Source: Schaalia odontolytica (GTDB taxonomy: Bacteria; Actinomycetota; Actinomycetes; Actinomycetales; Actinomycetaceae). Taken from it: a stretch of 32,000 nucleotides of DNA. The notes under the pieces are model-generated. The model saw only the letters and a program-made list of their open reading frames with translations, was not told the origin of the DNA and did no database searches. The stretch spans positions 2,280,001 through 2,312,000 of the forward strand of contig NZ_CP040006.1 in assembly GCF_005696695.1 (NCBI RefSeq), read 5' to 3'. The translations under genes were made by a program, and so were the position numbers. Below, one piece after another: positions 1 through 8,130 of the stretch (within the stretch, counting starts at the first letter, position 1; each line of letters opens with the position of its first letter).

Positions 1-68
1 CTCGCAGTGAGCGTTCCCGGGCCCCGGCCTCGTGAATCATCGAATTACCGATTCAGAAGAGACGCGCA

Positions 69-3000
69 TCAGTGCACCCAGACTCCGTTCGCGTCGAACA
101 CGTAGGTGCGTCCGTTGATCACGTGAGTGCCGGTGAACATTGCCCCATCGGGTCCCAGGTAGTACCAGGTACCGTCGAGGTTCAACCATCCGGTGTGCAT
201 CGCGCCCGAATCCTTCAGGTAGTACCAGGAGCCGCCATCGCGCACCCATCCGGTGGCCATCGCGCCACTACCGGTGAGGTAGTACCAGGAGCCACCGTCG
301 GCGACCCACCCGGTCTTCATGACCTTCGTGGCCGGATCCAGGTAGTACCAGTAAGCACCGCCGAAGCTCTCGTCGAACACCCAGCCGCCAACCAGGGCGC
401 CCTCGGAATTTGCGTACACCCACGCACCGTCATCGCGCCGGAGCCAGCCGGTCATCATGTACCCGTCGGAGTCGAAACGGTAGTCCCTGCCGCCAATCGT
501 GAACCAGCCGTTCTTGAGGTACTCCTTCCCATTCGCGCACTGGTACCACCAGCCAAACAAGTCCTTCGCCCAGTGGCCGCCGTCAGCCGTGATGCACACG
601 CCCGGGTTATCCGACGGCAGGTCAAGGGTCGCGGCCTTGGAGTGGTTGAGGCCGTAATCCCATGCGAGCACGTAGGGGTGGGCGATGACCTCGCCGGAGC
701 CACCCTGATCGGCCCACCCCTGCGAGATGGCCGACATGGGAACCTCGACGTGGTACGTGTAGGTTCCGTCAGCCCCGACCGTTCCTTCGTTGTCCGCGAA
801 CACGTGGCGGTAGAACCACAGGCCGTCGGCCGGGTCATGCAGGTCGAACGCGGCCAGCGGGGACGCGTCGGTGACGTCAAAGGACACGACCGTGTCAGGA
901 CCCTCCCCGCTGTACGTCACTGCGGAGACGACGGGGGCGGTGGTGTCGAGGCGGAACTCGTATGAGATTGACTGCTCGGTCTGCGAGGGGCCGTCGTTGT
1001 GCGCGGACAGCGTCAGCTTGTACACACCGTCGGGAAGATTCTTGTACTCGTCGGCGCTCGAATCAAGAGCCAGCGGCTCATGTCCCCGCTCGACCCACGT
1101 CATCCTTCCGGACGAATCCAGCGCGGACTTCCAGTTCTGGTAGCGCATGAAGGACGCGATCGTCTCTCCTGCGGCGTTCGTGTACGCGGCGTTGATCGTG
1201 TGGACGCTGCGCAGCGTGCCCGTGCGCGGCTCCAGGACCGTGGGAGCACCCGAGGCGTCCGAGCGAGAGATGACGTTCTTGCTCGAGGTGGGCAGACCGA
1301 TACGATCAGCATCCTTGACCAGGGGGTTGTATCCCAGCTGCTGGCCCGTGTTGCCGTTGTAGACCCAGGAAGCGAGCGTGTGGGCGCCGTCCTCGGAGGC
1401 TAGGGCGTCGAAGATGGGCGCCTTGCCCCAGTTGCCGTAGAAGCCCAGGTAGGGCACGGTCAGGTTGGGCTGGGACGCGGTCTTCGAGGTGAAGCGCACG
1501 AAGCCGTCGAGGAAGGTGCCGTTGGGCGTGTTCTGCGCGACGGAGGCATCGAAGTCGGCGCCGGGCTTGACGTCCACACCCACGGTCGCCTCGCCGTTCG
1601 CGGGAACGGTGATGATCGCGCCCTCATCGGTGCCGCTCACGGCCGCACCGGAGTAGGCGATATCCACGCCCTTGCCTCGCCAATCGGCGGACTTGCCGGT
1701 GAAGAACCCGCCCTCAACGATCTCCGACAGCGCCTGGGAGCTCAGCTCGTAGGAGGCCTCGGTGCCGGACAGGTTGTGCAGTGTGACGTCAAAGTGCCAG
1801 CCCGTTGTGCCGTCCCCCAGGTCCGCCTTGGGGCGAGACTGCTCGGGGGCGCCGACCACGGTCGGGTACACGGACGAGGTCGTGGCCGCCAGGACGTTCG
1901 TCAGTCCAGAGCCCTGCTTGCGTGGGGAGTACGGGGCGCCAGTGTCCTGGAGGGGGTCGACGACGGGAGACGCCGTGCCCATGATGAGGTTCTGGACGAC
2001 GTCAATCTTCTCGCGCGCGCTCATCGAGGCGAACAGCGGATCGTTCTGGACGCGCTGCAGGACGACGGCGCTCACGCCCGCCATCTGCGGGGTCGCCATC
2101 GATGTGCCGGACATGAACTCGTAGGTGCCACCGGGCACGGCCGAGTAGATGTTGCCTCCGGGGGCGCTGACCTCGGGCTTGAGGCGCAGGTCCGGGGTGA
2201 CGCCCCACGAGGAGAAGCTCGACATGGAGTACTTCGAACTCGGGGCCACGACCTTGCCGGGGGCGACGCTCAGGTGGTGGTCAGCGGCGGCCAACATGGC
2301 CTCGCCGTCGGCCTGCGAGATGAACGCGGCAGGCACGCCGTCCGTCGCCAGGCTCATGACCACGAGCGAGTCACCGGGCACGTTGTTGTACACGATGAAG
2401 CCGGCGGGCTTGGAGCCTGCGACATTGTTGAACTTGTCCTGGAAGGTGAGAGTACCGCGCTTGACCAGCACGATCTTGCCCGCGAGGCCCTCGGGGTACT
2501 TGGCCTTGAGCGCGGCGCCATCCTCGGGCGAACCGATGCCGCCGTCGACGTACTCGAACGGGCCGCCTGTCAGGTCGGACAGGTCGGGCATCTTCTGGCC
2601 GTCGGCGCCGCCGGCGCGCTGGTAGGCGATATCGCGGTCGCCGACGGTGAAGGCGCTGTGCGACAGCGAGTTGTCGACCGAGGCCACGGACACGACGGAG
2701 GAGTAGGACGCCGGTTCGCACAGGACGGAGGAGTCGGGGTCCGAGGCGAAGGGCAGGTTCTTGCCGGAGAGGTTGCCGTATCCGGCCGTGTACTCGTTGC
2801 CGGCGGCCGCGTTCACGGTGACGCCAGCGTCCTGGAGGCTCTTGAACACGGTCGCGTACATGGAGTCGGCCTCGTTATCCATGCCGCCGGTCTGTCCGAG
2901 GGACAGGTTCACGACGTCGGGGCGCAGGACGACCATGTCGTCGAGGGCGGCGAGCAGCGCCGAGTCCGGGATGCCGCCGCTGGTACTCTTGGCGACCTTG

Positions 3001-3893
3001 GCGACGATGATCTGCGCGTCGGGGGCGATGCCCACGATTTCGCCCGCGTTGCCCGCGGTGATGCCGGCGACGTGCGTGCCGTGCGATCCGGCTTTGCCGG
3101 TCGGCGAGGCGTCCGGGTCGTTATCCGCGTAGTCGTAGGCGAAGGGGAACTTTTCCGACACGTAGCTGCCGGTCTTGCCGTCGCCCAGCTGGGGGGTCAG
3201 GGACTCAACCTTGTCCTCGGAAAGCCCGGGGGTCCCGTGCAGGGCACCCGCGAACGCTGGGTGGGTCATGTCCACGCCCGTGTCGATGATGGCGACGACC
3301 TTGCCATTACCCTTTTGGGTGATCTGGTCGGCGTGCATCATCAGCTGGGCGCTGAGGTTGTCGGGGTTCTGGGTGGAGATGCGCGAGGAGTTCGTCGCGC
3401 CCTCTCCGGCGACCTGATCATCGACACCATCGACATGGGTCTCGCGATCGAGGAAGGCGGCCTTGACGCCGCTCACCGCGCGGATCGCGTCGAGGGAGCC
3501 GGCGGGGGCGCTGAGCGCGAAGCCCTGCATGGCCTTGTCGTACTCGCGCTCCACCTGGGCGGAAGAGCCGGGGAATGCCGCGGCCACGGCCTCGTTGATC
3601 GAGGCGAGGGCTGCCGCGCGGTCGGCGCCGTCGTCGAGCTGGACGACGATCGTGACGAGGGCGGCAGGGTCGACCTCGTCGGTCGTCGGTGCCTGAGCGT
3701 CCTGGGTGGTCTCCCCGCTCTTCGAGGTGAGCGCGGTATCGACGTCACCGACGGGCAGGGACGAGGCCGTGGCGCCCGCGTCGGGTCGGGTATCCGCCGG
3801 GATTGGCGGGGATGCGAGGGTCGCGGGGCCGGCAACCACCAGAGCGGCGGTGCCAGCCAGCGCGAGGAACGCCGCTGGTTTCTTCGTTGTCAT
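69..3893 (-). CDS. Secreted S8 family serine peptidase (subtilisin/C5a-peptidase-like) with PA-domain insert and C-terminal cell-wall-binding repeats
   Basis: 1274-aa ORF. Sec signal peptide MTTKKPAAFLALAGTAALVVAGPATLASP. S8 triad motifs DTGVDMTHPAF (Asp), HGTHVAGI (His) and SGTSMATPQMAG (Ser). PA-like insert GKIVLVKRGTLTFQDK. The last ~200 aa are ~20-aa GW..WYYL repeats. GGAG lies 8 nt upstream of ATG 3893. Confidence 0.9.
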   Translation of the reverse strand: MTTKKPAAFLALAGTAALVVAGPATLASPPIPADTRPDAGATASSLPVGDVDTALTSKSGETTQDAQAPTTDEVDPAALVTIVVQLDDGADRAAALASINEAVAAAFPGSSAQVEREYDKAMQGFALSAPAGSLDAIRAVSGVKAAFLDRETHVDGVDDQVAGEGATNSSRISTQNPDNLSAQLMMHADQITQKGNGKVVAIIDTGVDMTHPAFAGALHGTPGLSEDKVESLTPQLGDGKTGSYVSEKFPFAYDYADNDPDASPTGKAGSHGTHVAGITAGNAGEIVGIAPDAQIIVAKVAKSTSGGIPDSALLAALDDMVVLRPDVVNLSLGQTGGMDNEADSMYATVFKSLQDAGVTVNAAAGNEYTAGYGNLSGKNLPFASDPDSSVLCEPASYSSVVSVASVDNSLSHSAFTVGDRDIAYQRAGGADGQKMPDLSDLTGGPFEYVDGGIGSPEDGAALKAKYPEGLAGKIVLVKRGTLTFQDKFNNVAGSKPAGFIVYNNVPGDSLVVMSLATDGVPAAFISQADGEAMLAAADHHLSVAPGKVVAPSSKYSMSSFSSWGVTPDLRLKPEVSAPGGNIYSAVPGGTYEFMSGTSMATPQMAGVSAVVLQRVQNDPLFASMSAREKIDVVQNLIMGTASPVVDPLQDTGAPYSPRKQGSGLTNVLAATTSSVYPTVVGAPEQSRPKADLGDGTTGWHFDVTLHNLSGTEASYELSSQALSEIVEGGFFTGKSADWRGKGVDIAYSGAAVSGTDEGAIITVPANGEATVGVDVKPGADFDASVAQNTPNGTFLDGFVRFTSKTASQPNLTVPYLGFYGNWGKAPIFDALASEDGAHTLASWVYNGNTGQQLGYNPLVKDADRIGLPTSSKNVISRSDASGAPTVLEPRTGTLRSVHTINAAYTNAAGETIASFMRYQNWKSALDSSGRMTWVERGHEPLALDSSADEYKNLPDGVYKLTLSAHNDGPSQTEQSISYEFRLDTTAPVVSAVTYSGEGPDTVVSFDVTDASPLAAFDLHDPADGLWFYRHVFADNEGTVGADGTYTYHVEVPMSAISQGWADQGGSGEVIAHPYVLAWDYGLNHSKAATLDLPSDNPGVCITADGGHWAKDLFGWWYQCANGKEYLKNGWFTIGGRDYRFDSDGYMMTGWLRRDDGAWVYANSEGALVGGWVFDESFGGAYWYYLDPATKVMKTGWVADGGSWYYLTGSGAMATGWVRDGGSWYYLKDSGAMHTGWLNLDGTWYYLGPDGAMFTGTHVINGRTYVFDANGVWVH

Positions 3894-4030
3894 GTGCGTA
3901 ACTCCAAAATGTGAATGGGGACCTCGAGAGGCACGAAGCGAACGCGCACCTATTGGTCGTTATGTGAGAACAGCGCTGCGACACATCATTGCGCAGCACG
4001 TCGGACAGCAGGGCAGTGCGACGACGAACA

Positions 4031-4064
4031 AGGCCCGGGCCGGGTGAGACGCCCTCCCGGGCCT
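4031..4064 (-). terminator. Candidate intrinsic terminator downstream of second protease gene
   Basis: 9-bp GC stem AGGCCCGGG (4031-4039) / CCCGGGCCT (4056-4064), 26 nt past the stop at 4090. On the minus strand it is followed by TTGTTCGT. Confidence 0.5.
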
Positions 4065-4089
4065 CGTCGTCGCTGGGCAAGCACTCAGG

Positions 4090-7000
4090 TCAGCCGACCC
4101 ACGCGCCGCTGTCGCCAAAGACGTAGGTGCGTCCGTTGATCACGTGCGTGCCCATGAACATCGCACCATCGGGTCCCAGGTAGTACCAGGTGCCCCCGTC
4201 CTTCACCCAGCCGGTCGCCATCTTGCCCGAGGCGCTCAGGTAGTACCAGGAGCCGCCGTCGCGCACCCAGCCAATCGCCATCACGCCGTTGCCGTGCAGG
4301 TAGTACCACGAGCCGCCGTCGGCGAGCCACCCGGTCTTCATGATCTTGGTGGCCGGATCCAGGTAGTACCAGTAGGGGCCACCGTACACGTCGTCGAGGA
4401 CCCACCCGCCGACGGGAACGCCATCGGAATCCACGTACATCCACTCACCGCTGGGGCGCTTGACGAAACCGGTCATCATGTAACCGGAGGGGCTGAACTG
4501 GTAGTCCCTGCCACCAATCGTGAACCAGCCTCCCGAGAGGTACGCCCTCCCGTCAGCGCACTCGTACCGCCAGGACCTCGGCCCACTGATCCAGTGGCCG
4601 CCCACCGGATCCTTGCACGAGGCCGTCTGGTTGCTGGAGTAGAAGGGCAGGTCGAGGGTCACCGGCTCGGAGTGGTTCAGTCCGTAATCCCACGCGAGGA
4701 CGTAGGGGTAGGCAGGAGGTGCACCGGAGCCACCCTGGTCGCTCCACGCCTGAGAGATCGCCATCAATGGGATCTCGACGTGGTACATGTACCGACCGTC
4801 GGGGCCGACGCTGCCCTCACTCTCGGTGAAGACGTGGCGGTAGAACCACAGGCCATCGGCGGGATCGTGTAGGTCGATCGCCGCCAGCGGAGAATCGTCG
4901 GTCACATCGAAGGACACAACCATGTCGGGCCCTTCTCCGGCGTACGTCACCTCGGAGATGACGGGCGCGGTGGTGTCGAGGCGGAACTTGTAGGAGATCG
5001 ACTGCTCGGCGCGCGACGGGCCGTCGTTGGACGCGGCAATCCGCAGCGTGTACGTGCCGTCGGGCAGCTGCGCGAAGGGCTCGGCATTCGCGTCGAAGAC
5101 CGTGGACTCGTGGTAGGCCTCGACCCAGGTGTTCTCCTCGCTGCTCGTCTGGTAGAGGGACTTCCAGTTCCGATGGTTGGTCACCGAGAAGACCGTCTCC
5201 CCTGCCTCGTTCGTGTAGGTACTGGTCAGCGAGTGGACGCTGCGCAGTGTGCCCGTGCGCGGCTCCAGGACCGTGGGGGCACCCGAGGCCTCGGACCGGG
5301 AGATCACGTAGCGCTGCGGGTTGGGCTTTCCTGTACGGTCGGCCGCCTTAACGAGAGGGTTGTAGCCGAGGGAGTCGCCGGTCTTGCCGTTGACGATGGC
5401 CGAGGCCCGTGTGTGTGCGCCGCCGTCCGAGGCGAGGGCATCGAAGATGGGGGCCTTGCCCCAGTCGCCGTAGAAGCCCAGGTAGGGCACGGCGAGGTCG
5501 GGCTGAGACGCGGTCTTCGACGCGAAGCGCACGAAACCGTCGAGGAACGTCCCGTTGGGCGCATTGTCCGCGACGTAGGAGGCGAACTCGCTGCCGGGCG
5601 TGATGTCGATACCGACGGTGGCCTCGCCGCTCGCGGGAACGGTGACAGTCGCGCCCTCAGCGGACGCGGATGCGGCACCCGAGTACGTGATCTCCACGCC
5701 CTTGCCTCGCCAATCGGAGGAATGCTGCGTGAAGAAGCCGCCGTCGACGATCTCGGAGAGGGCCTGCGAGCTCAGCTCATAGGTGGCCGGAACACCCGAC
5801 AGGTTGTCCAGCGTGACGTCGAAGTGCCACCCCTTCGTGCCATCCCCCAGGTCCGCCTTGGGCCGGGACTGCTCGGGCGCGCCGACCACGGTCGGGTACA
5901 CGGACGAGGTCGTGGCAGCCAGGGCATCGACGAGTCCCGCACCCTGCTTACGCGGCGAGTACAGCGCTCCCGTCGTCTGGGCCGCATCCGTCAGCGGACG
6001 GGCAGTACCCATGATGAGGTTCTGAACCACATCAGCCTTCTGGCGCGCACTCATCGACGCAAACAGCGGATCAGACTGGACACGCTGGAGGACGATCGTG
6101 CTGACGCCCGCCATCTGAGGCGTGGCCATCGACGTGCCGGAGGACTGCTCGTACGCACCGTCCGGGATCGACGAGAAAACCTCGCCACCGGGCGCCGCGA
6201 TCTCGGGCTTGAGGCGCAGGTCCGGGGACACGCCCCACGCGGAGAATTCTGACGCCTCGTAGACGGTGGACTGCGGCAGGACCTGGCCCTCGGCGATCGA
6301 AAGCGTGTGCTCGGGGGCGTCCAGCATGGCCTGGCCGTCGGCCTGGGAGATGAACGCGGCGGGCATGTCCTGCGTCGTCAGATTCATGGCGATGAGGGAT
6401 CCGACCGACACGTTGTTGTAGACGACGATTCCGGCGGGCTTGAGGTCGTAGAGGTTCTCGACCTTCTTCTGGTAGGTCATGTTGCCGCGGGAGACGAGCG
6501 CAATCTTGCCGGCGAGGCCGTCCGGGTACTTCGCCTTGAGCGCGGCGGCGTCCTCCTCGGAGGCGAACCCGGCGTCGACGTACTCGTAGGTGCCGGCGGG
6601 CAGGTCGGAGAAGAAGGCGACCTTCTCACCGTTCAGGCCGCGAGCGCGCTGGTATCCGATGTCTTTCCCATTGACGGTGAAGGCGTTGCGAAGCAGGGCG
6701 TTTTCGACCGAGGCGACGGCAACCACCGAGGAATACGTGGCCGGCTCGTCCATGACCGAGGAGTCGGGGTCCGAGGCGTAGGGCAGGCCCTTGCCGGAGT
6801 TGTTGCCGTACCCGGTGGAGAAGGCGTTGCCCGAGGCCGCGTTGACGGTGATGCCCGCTTCCTGCAGCTTCTTGTACACGGTCGCGTACACCGAGTCGGC
6901 CTCGCTATCCATGCCGGCCGTCCAGCCGAGCGACAGGTTGATGACGTCGGGATGCAGGACGAGCATGTCATCGAGGGAGGCGAGCAGCGCCGAGTCCAGC

Positions 7001-7911
7001 AGCGCGTCGTCCTCGCTGCGCGTCACCTTCGCAACGATCACCTGGGTGTTCGGAGCGGTGCCGACGATCTTATCGGCGTTACCTGCGGCGATGCCGGCGA
7101 CATGCGTCCCGTGGGAAGCATACGGGGTCTTCGACGGCGACGCGTCGTTGTCGCCGTCCGCGTAGTCGTAGGCGAAGGGGAACTTCTGCGAGACGTAGAC
7201 GCCAGTCTTGCCCTCACCCAGCTGCGAGGTCATCGCGGCTACCTTCTGCGGGGTGAGCGGGGGCGTTCCCGCGAGCTCACCAGTGAATGCCGGATGCGTC
7301 ATGTCGACGCCCGTGTCGATGACGGCGATGACCTTTCCTTCGCCCTTCTGGGCGACCTGGTCGATGTGCATCATGAGATGGGCGCTCAGGTTGGCGGGGT
7401 CCTGCCCGCCGGTCTGCGAGGACTCGATGCCACCCTCGGCATCGGGCGTGGCCACATCACTGACGCGCCCCTCGCGCTCGAGGAACGCGGCGCGTACGCC
7501 CGGAGCACGGCGGATCGCGTCGAGCGCACCGACGGGTGCCTTGAGGGCGAAGCCCGACATGACGTTGTCGTACTCGCGCTCCACCTGGGCCTGCGTTCCC
7601 GGGTAGAGGGCGGACACGGCCTCGTTGATCTCACTGATCGCACCCTCGCGGGACGCGCCATCCTCGAGCTGGACAATGACGCTGACGACGCGCGCCGGGT
7701 CCACCTCTGCGTCGGTCGAGGAGGGCGCGGACTGTCCGCTCTTCGAGGTCAGCGCCGTGTCGATGTCGCCCACGGGCAGGGAGGTTGCTGCACCATCGTG
7801 CGTTCCGGTGGGCCCCGGGGGCATGGGCGAGGCCAGGGCGGCCGGCCCAGTCACCGCGAGCGCGCACGCGCCGACGAAGGCGAGGAGGGCAGCCGGTTTC
7901 TTCGTTGACAT
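4090..7911 (-). CDS. Secreted S8 family serine peptidase, tandem paralog of 69..3893
   Basis: 1273-aa ORF, colinear with the neighbour over its full length. Signal peptide MSTKKPAALLAFVGACALAVTGPAALASP. Identical catalytic motifs DTGVDMTHPAF, HGTHVAGI and SGTSMATPQMAG. C-terminal GW/WYYL repeats. GGAGAAAG RBS upstream of ATG 7911. Confidence 0.9.
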   Translation of the reverse strand: MSTKKPAALLAFVGACALAVTGPAALASPMPPGPTGTHDGAATSLPVGDIDTALTSKSGQSAPSSTDAEVDPARVVSVIVQLEDGASREGAISEINEAVSALYPGTQAQVEREYDNVMSGFALKAPVGALDAIRRAPGVRAAFLEREGRVSDVATPDAEGGIESSQTGGQDPANLSAHLMMHIDQVAQKGEGKVIAVIDTGVDMTHPAFTGELAGTPPLTPQKVAAMTSQLGEGKTGVYVSQKFPFAYDYADGDNDASPSKTPYASHGTHVAGIAAGNADKIVGTAPNTQVIVAKVTRSEDDALLDSALLASLDDMLVLHPDVINLSLGWTAGMDSEADSVYATVYKKLQEAGITVNAASGNAFSTGYGNNSGKGLPYASDPDSSVMDEPATYSSVVAVASVENALLRNAFTVNGKDIGYQRARGLNGEKVAFFSDLPAGTYEYVDAGFASEEDAAALKAKYPDGLAGKIALVSRGNMTYQKKVENLYDLKPAGIVVYNNVSVGSLIAMNLTTQDMPAAFISQADGQAMLDAPEHTLSIAEGQVLPQSTVYEASEFSAWGVSPDLRLKPEIAAPGGEVFSSIPDGAYEQSSGTSMATPQMAGVSTIVLQRVQSDPLFASMSARQKADVVQNLIMGTARPLTDAAQTTGALYSPRKQGAGLVDALAATTSSVYPTVVGAPEQSRPKADLGDGTKGWHFDVTLDNLSGVPATYELSSQALSEIVDGGFFTQHSSDWRGKGVEITYSGAASASAEGATVTVPASGEATVGIDITPGSEFASYVADNAPNGTFLDGFVRFASKTASQPDLAVPYLGFYGDWGKAPIFDALASDGGAHTRASAIVNGKTGDSLGYNPLVKAADRTGKPNPQRYVISRSEASGAPTVLEPRTGTLRSVHSLTSTYTNEAGETVFSVTNHRNWKSLYQTSSEENTWVEAYHESTVFDANAEPFAQLPDGTYTLRIAASNDGPSRAEQSISYKFRLDTTAPVISEVTYAGEGPDMVVSFDVTDDSPLAAIDLHDPADGLWFYRHVFTESEGSVGPDGRYMYHVEIPLMAISQAWSDQGGSGAPPAYPYVLAWDYGLNHSEPVTLDLPFYSSNQTASCKDPVGGHWISGPRSWRYECADGRAYLSGGWFTIGGRDYQFSPSGYMMTGFVKRPSGEWMYVDSDGVPVGGWVLDDVYGGPYWYYLDPATKIMKTGWLADGGSWYYLHGNGVMAIGWVRDGGSWYYLSASGKMATGWVKDGGTWYYLGPDGAMFMGTHVINGRTYVFGDSGAWVG

Positions 7912-7984
7912 AAGCTTTCTCCGATATGTTGGGGACGGAGTGCCGGTGGCACCCGGTACGTCGGCGTACCAGCCGTCTCCTCAC

Positions 7985-8012
7985 AACATACCTCATGTGG
8001 CCTACCTGACAA
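7985..8012 (-). promoter_or_regulatory. Candidate sigma-70-type promoter for the 4090..7911 protease gene
   Basis: On the minus strand: TTGTCA (8012-8007), a 16-nt spacer, then TATGTT (7990-7985). It lies about 75 nt upstream of the ATG. This is a pattern match only. Confidence 0.35.
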
Positions 8013-8063
8013 TCAACATCTTGCTTATCGATACGTTAGCGCAGCTGAAGCGTCTAACACGAC

Positions 8064-8101
8064 CGGGCCCGGGAGCGCAGTGTTGCGTTCCCGGGCCCGG
8101 C
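8064..8101 (-). terminator. Candidate intrinsic terminator downstream of 8131..10044
   Basis: 12-bp perfect stem CCGGGCCCGGGA (8064-8075) / TCCCGGGCCCGG (8090-8101), 30 nt past the stop at 8131. Confidence 0.55.
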
Positions 8102-8130
8102 GTATTGCCTGGTGGTAGGCGGATATCAGA

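Noticed and set aside
1776-3914. Long plus-strand ORFs antisense to real genes: 1776-3914 (712 aa), 6307-7908, 10393-12216 (607 aa), 15039-16421, 16664-18538 (624 aa), 19042-20937 (631 aa), 24589-25575 and 25802-26611.
   Set aside because: - These are typical shadow ORFs of high-GC DNA.
- Their translations are Arg/Gly/Asp/His/Val-rich low complexity with no motifs.
- The opposite strand encodes proteins with clear catalytic or family signatures, signal peptides and RBSs.
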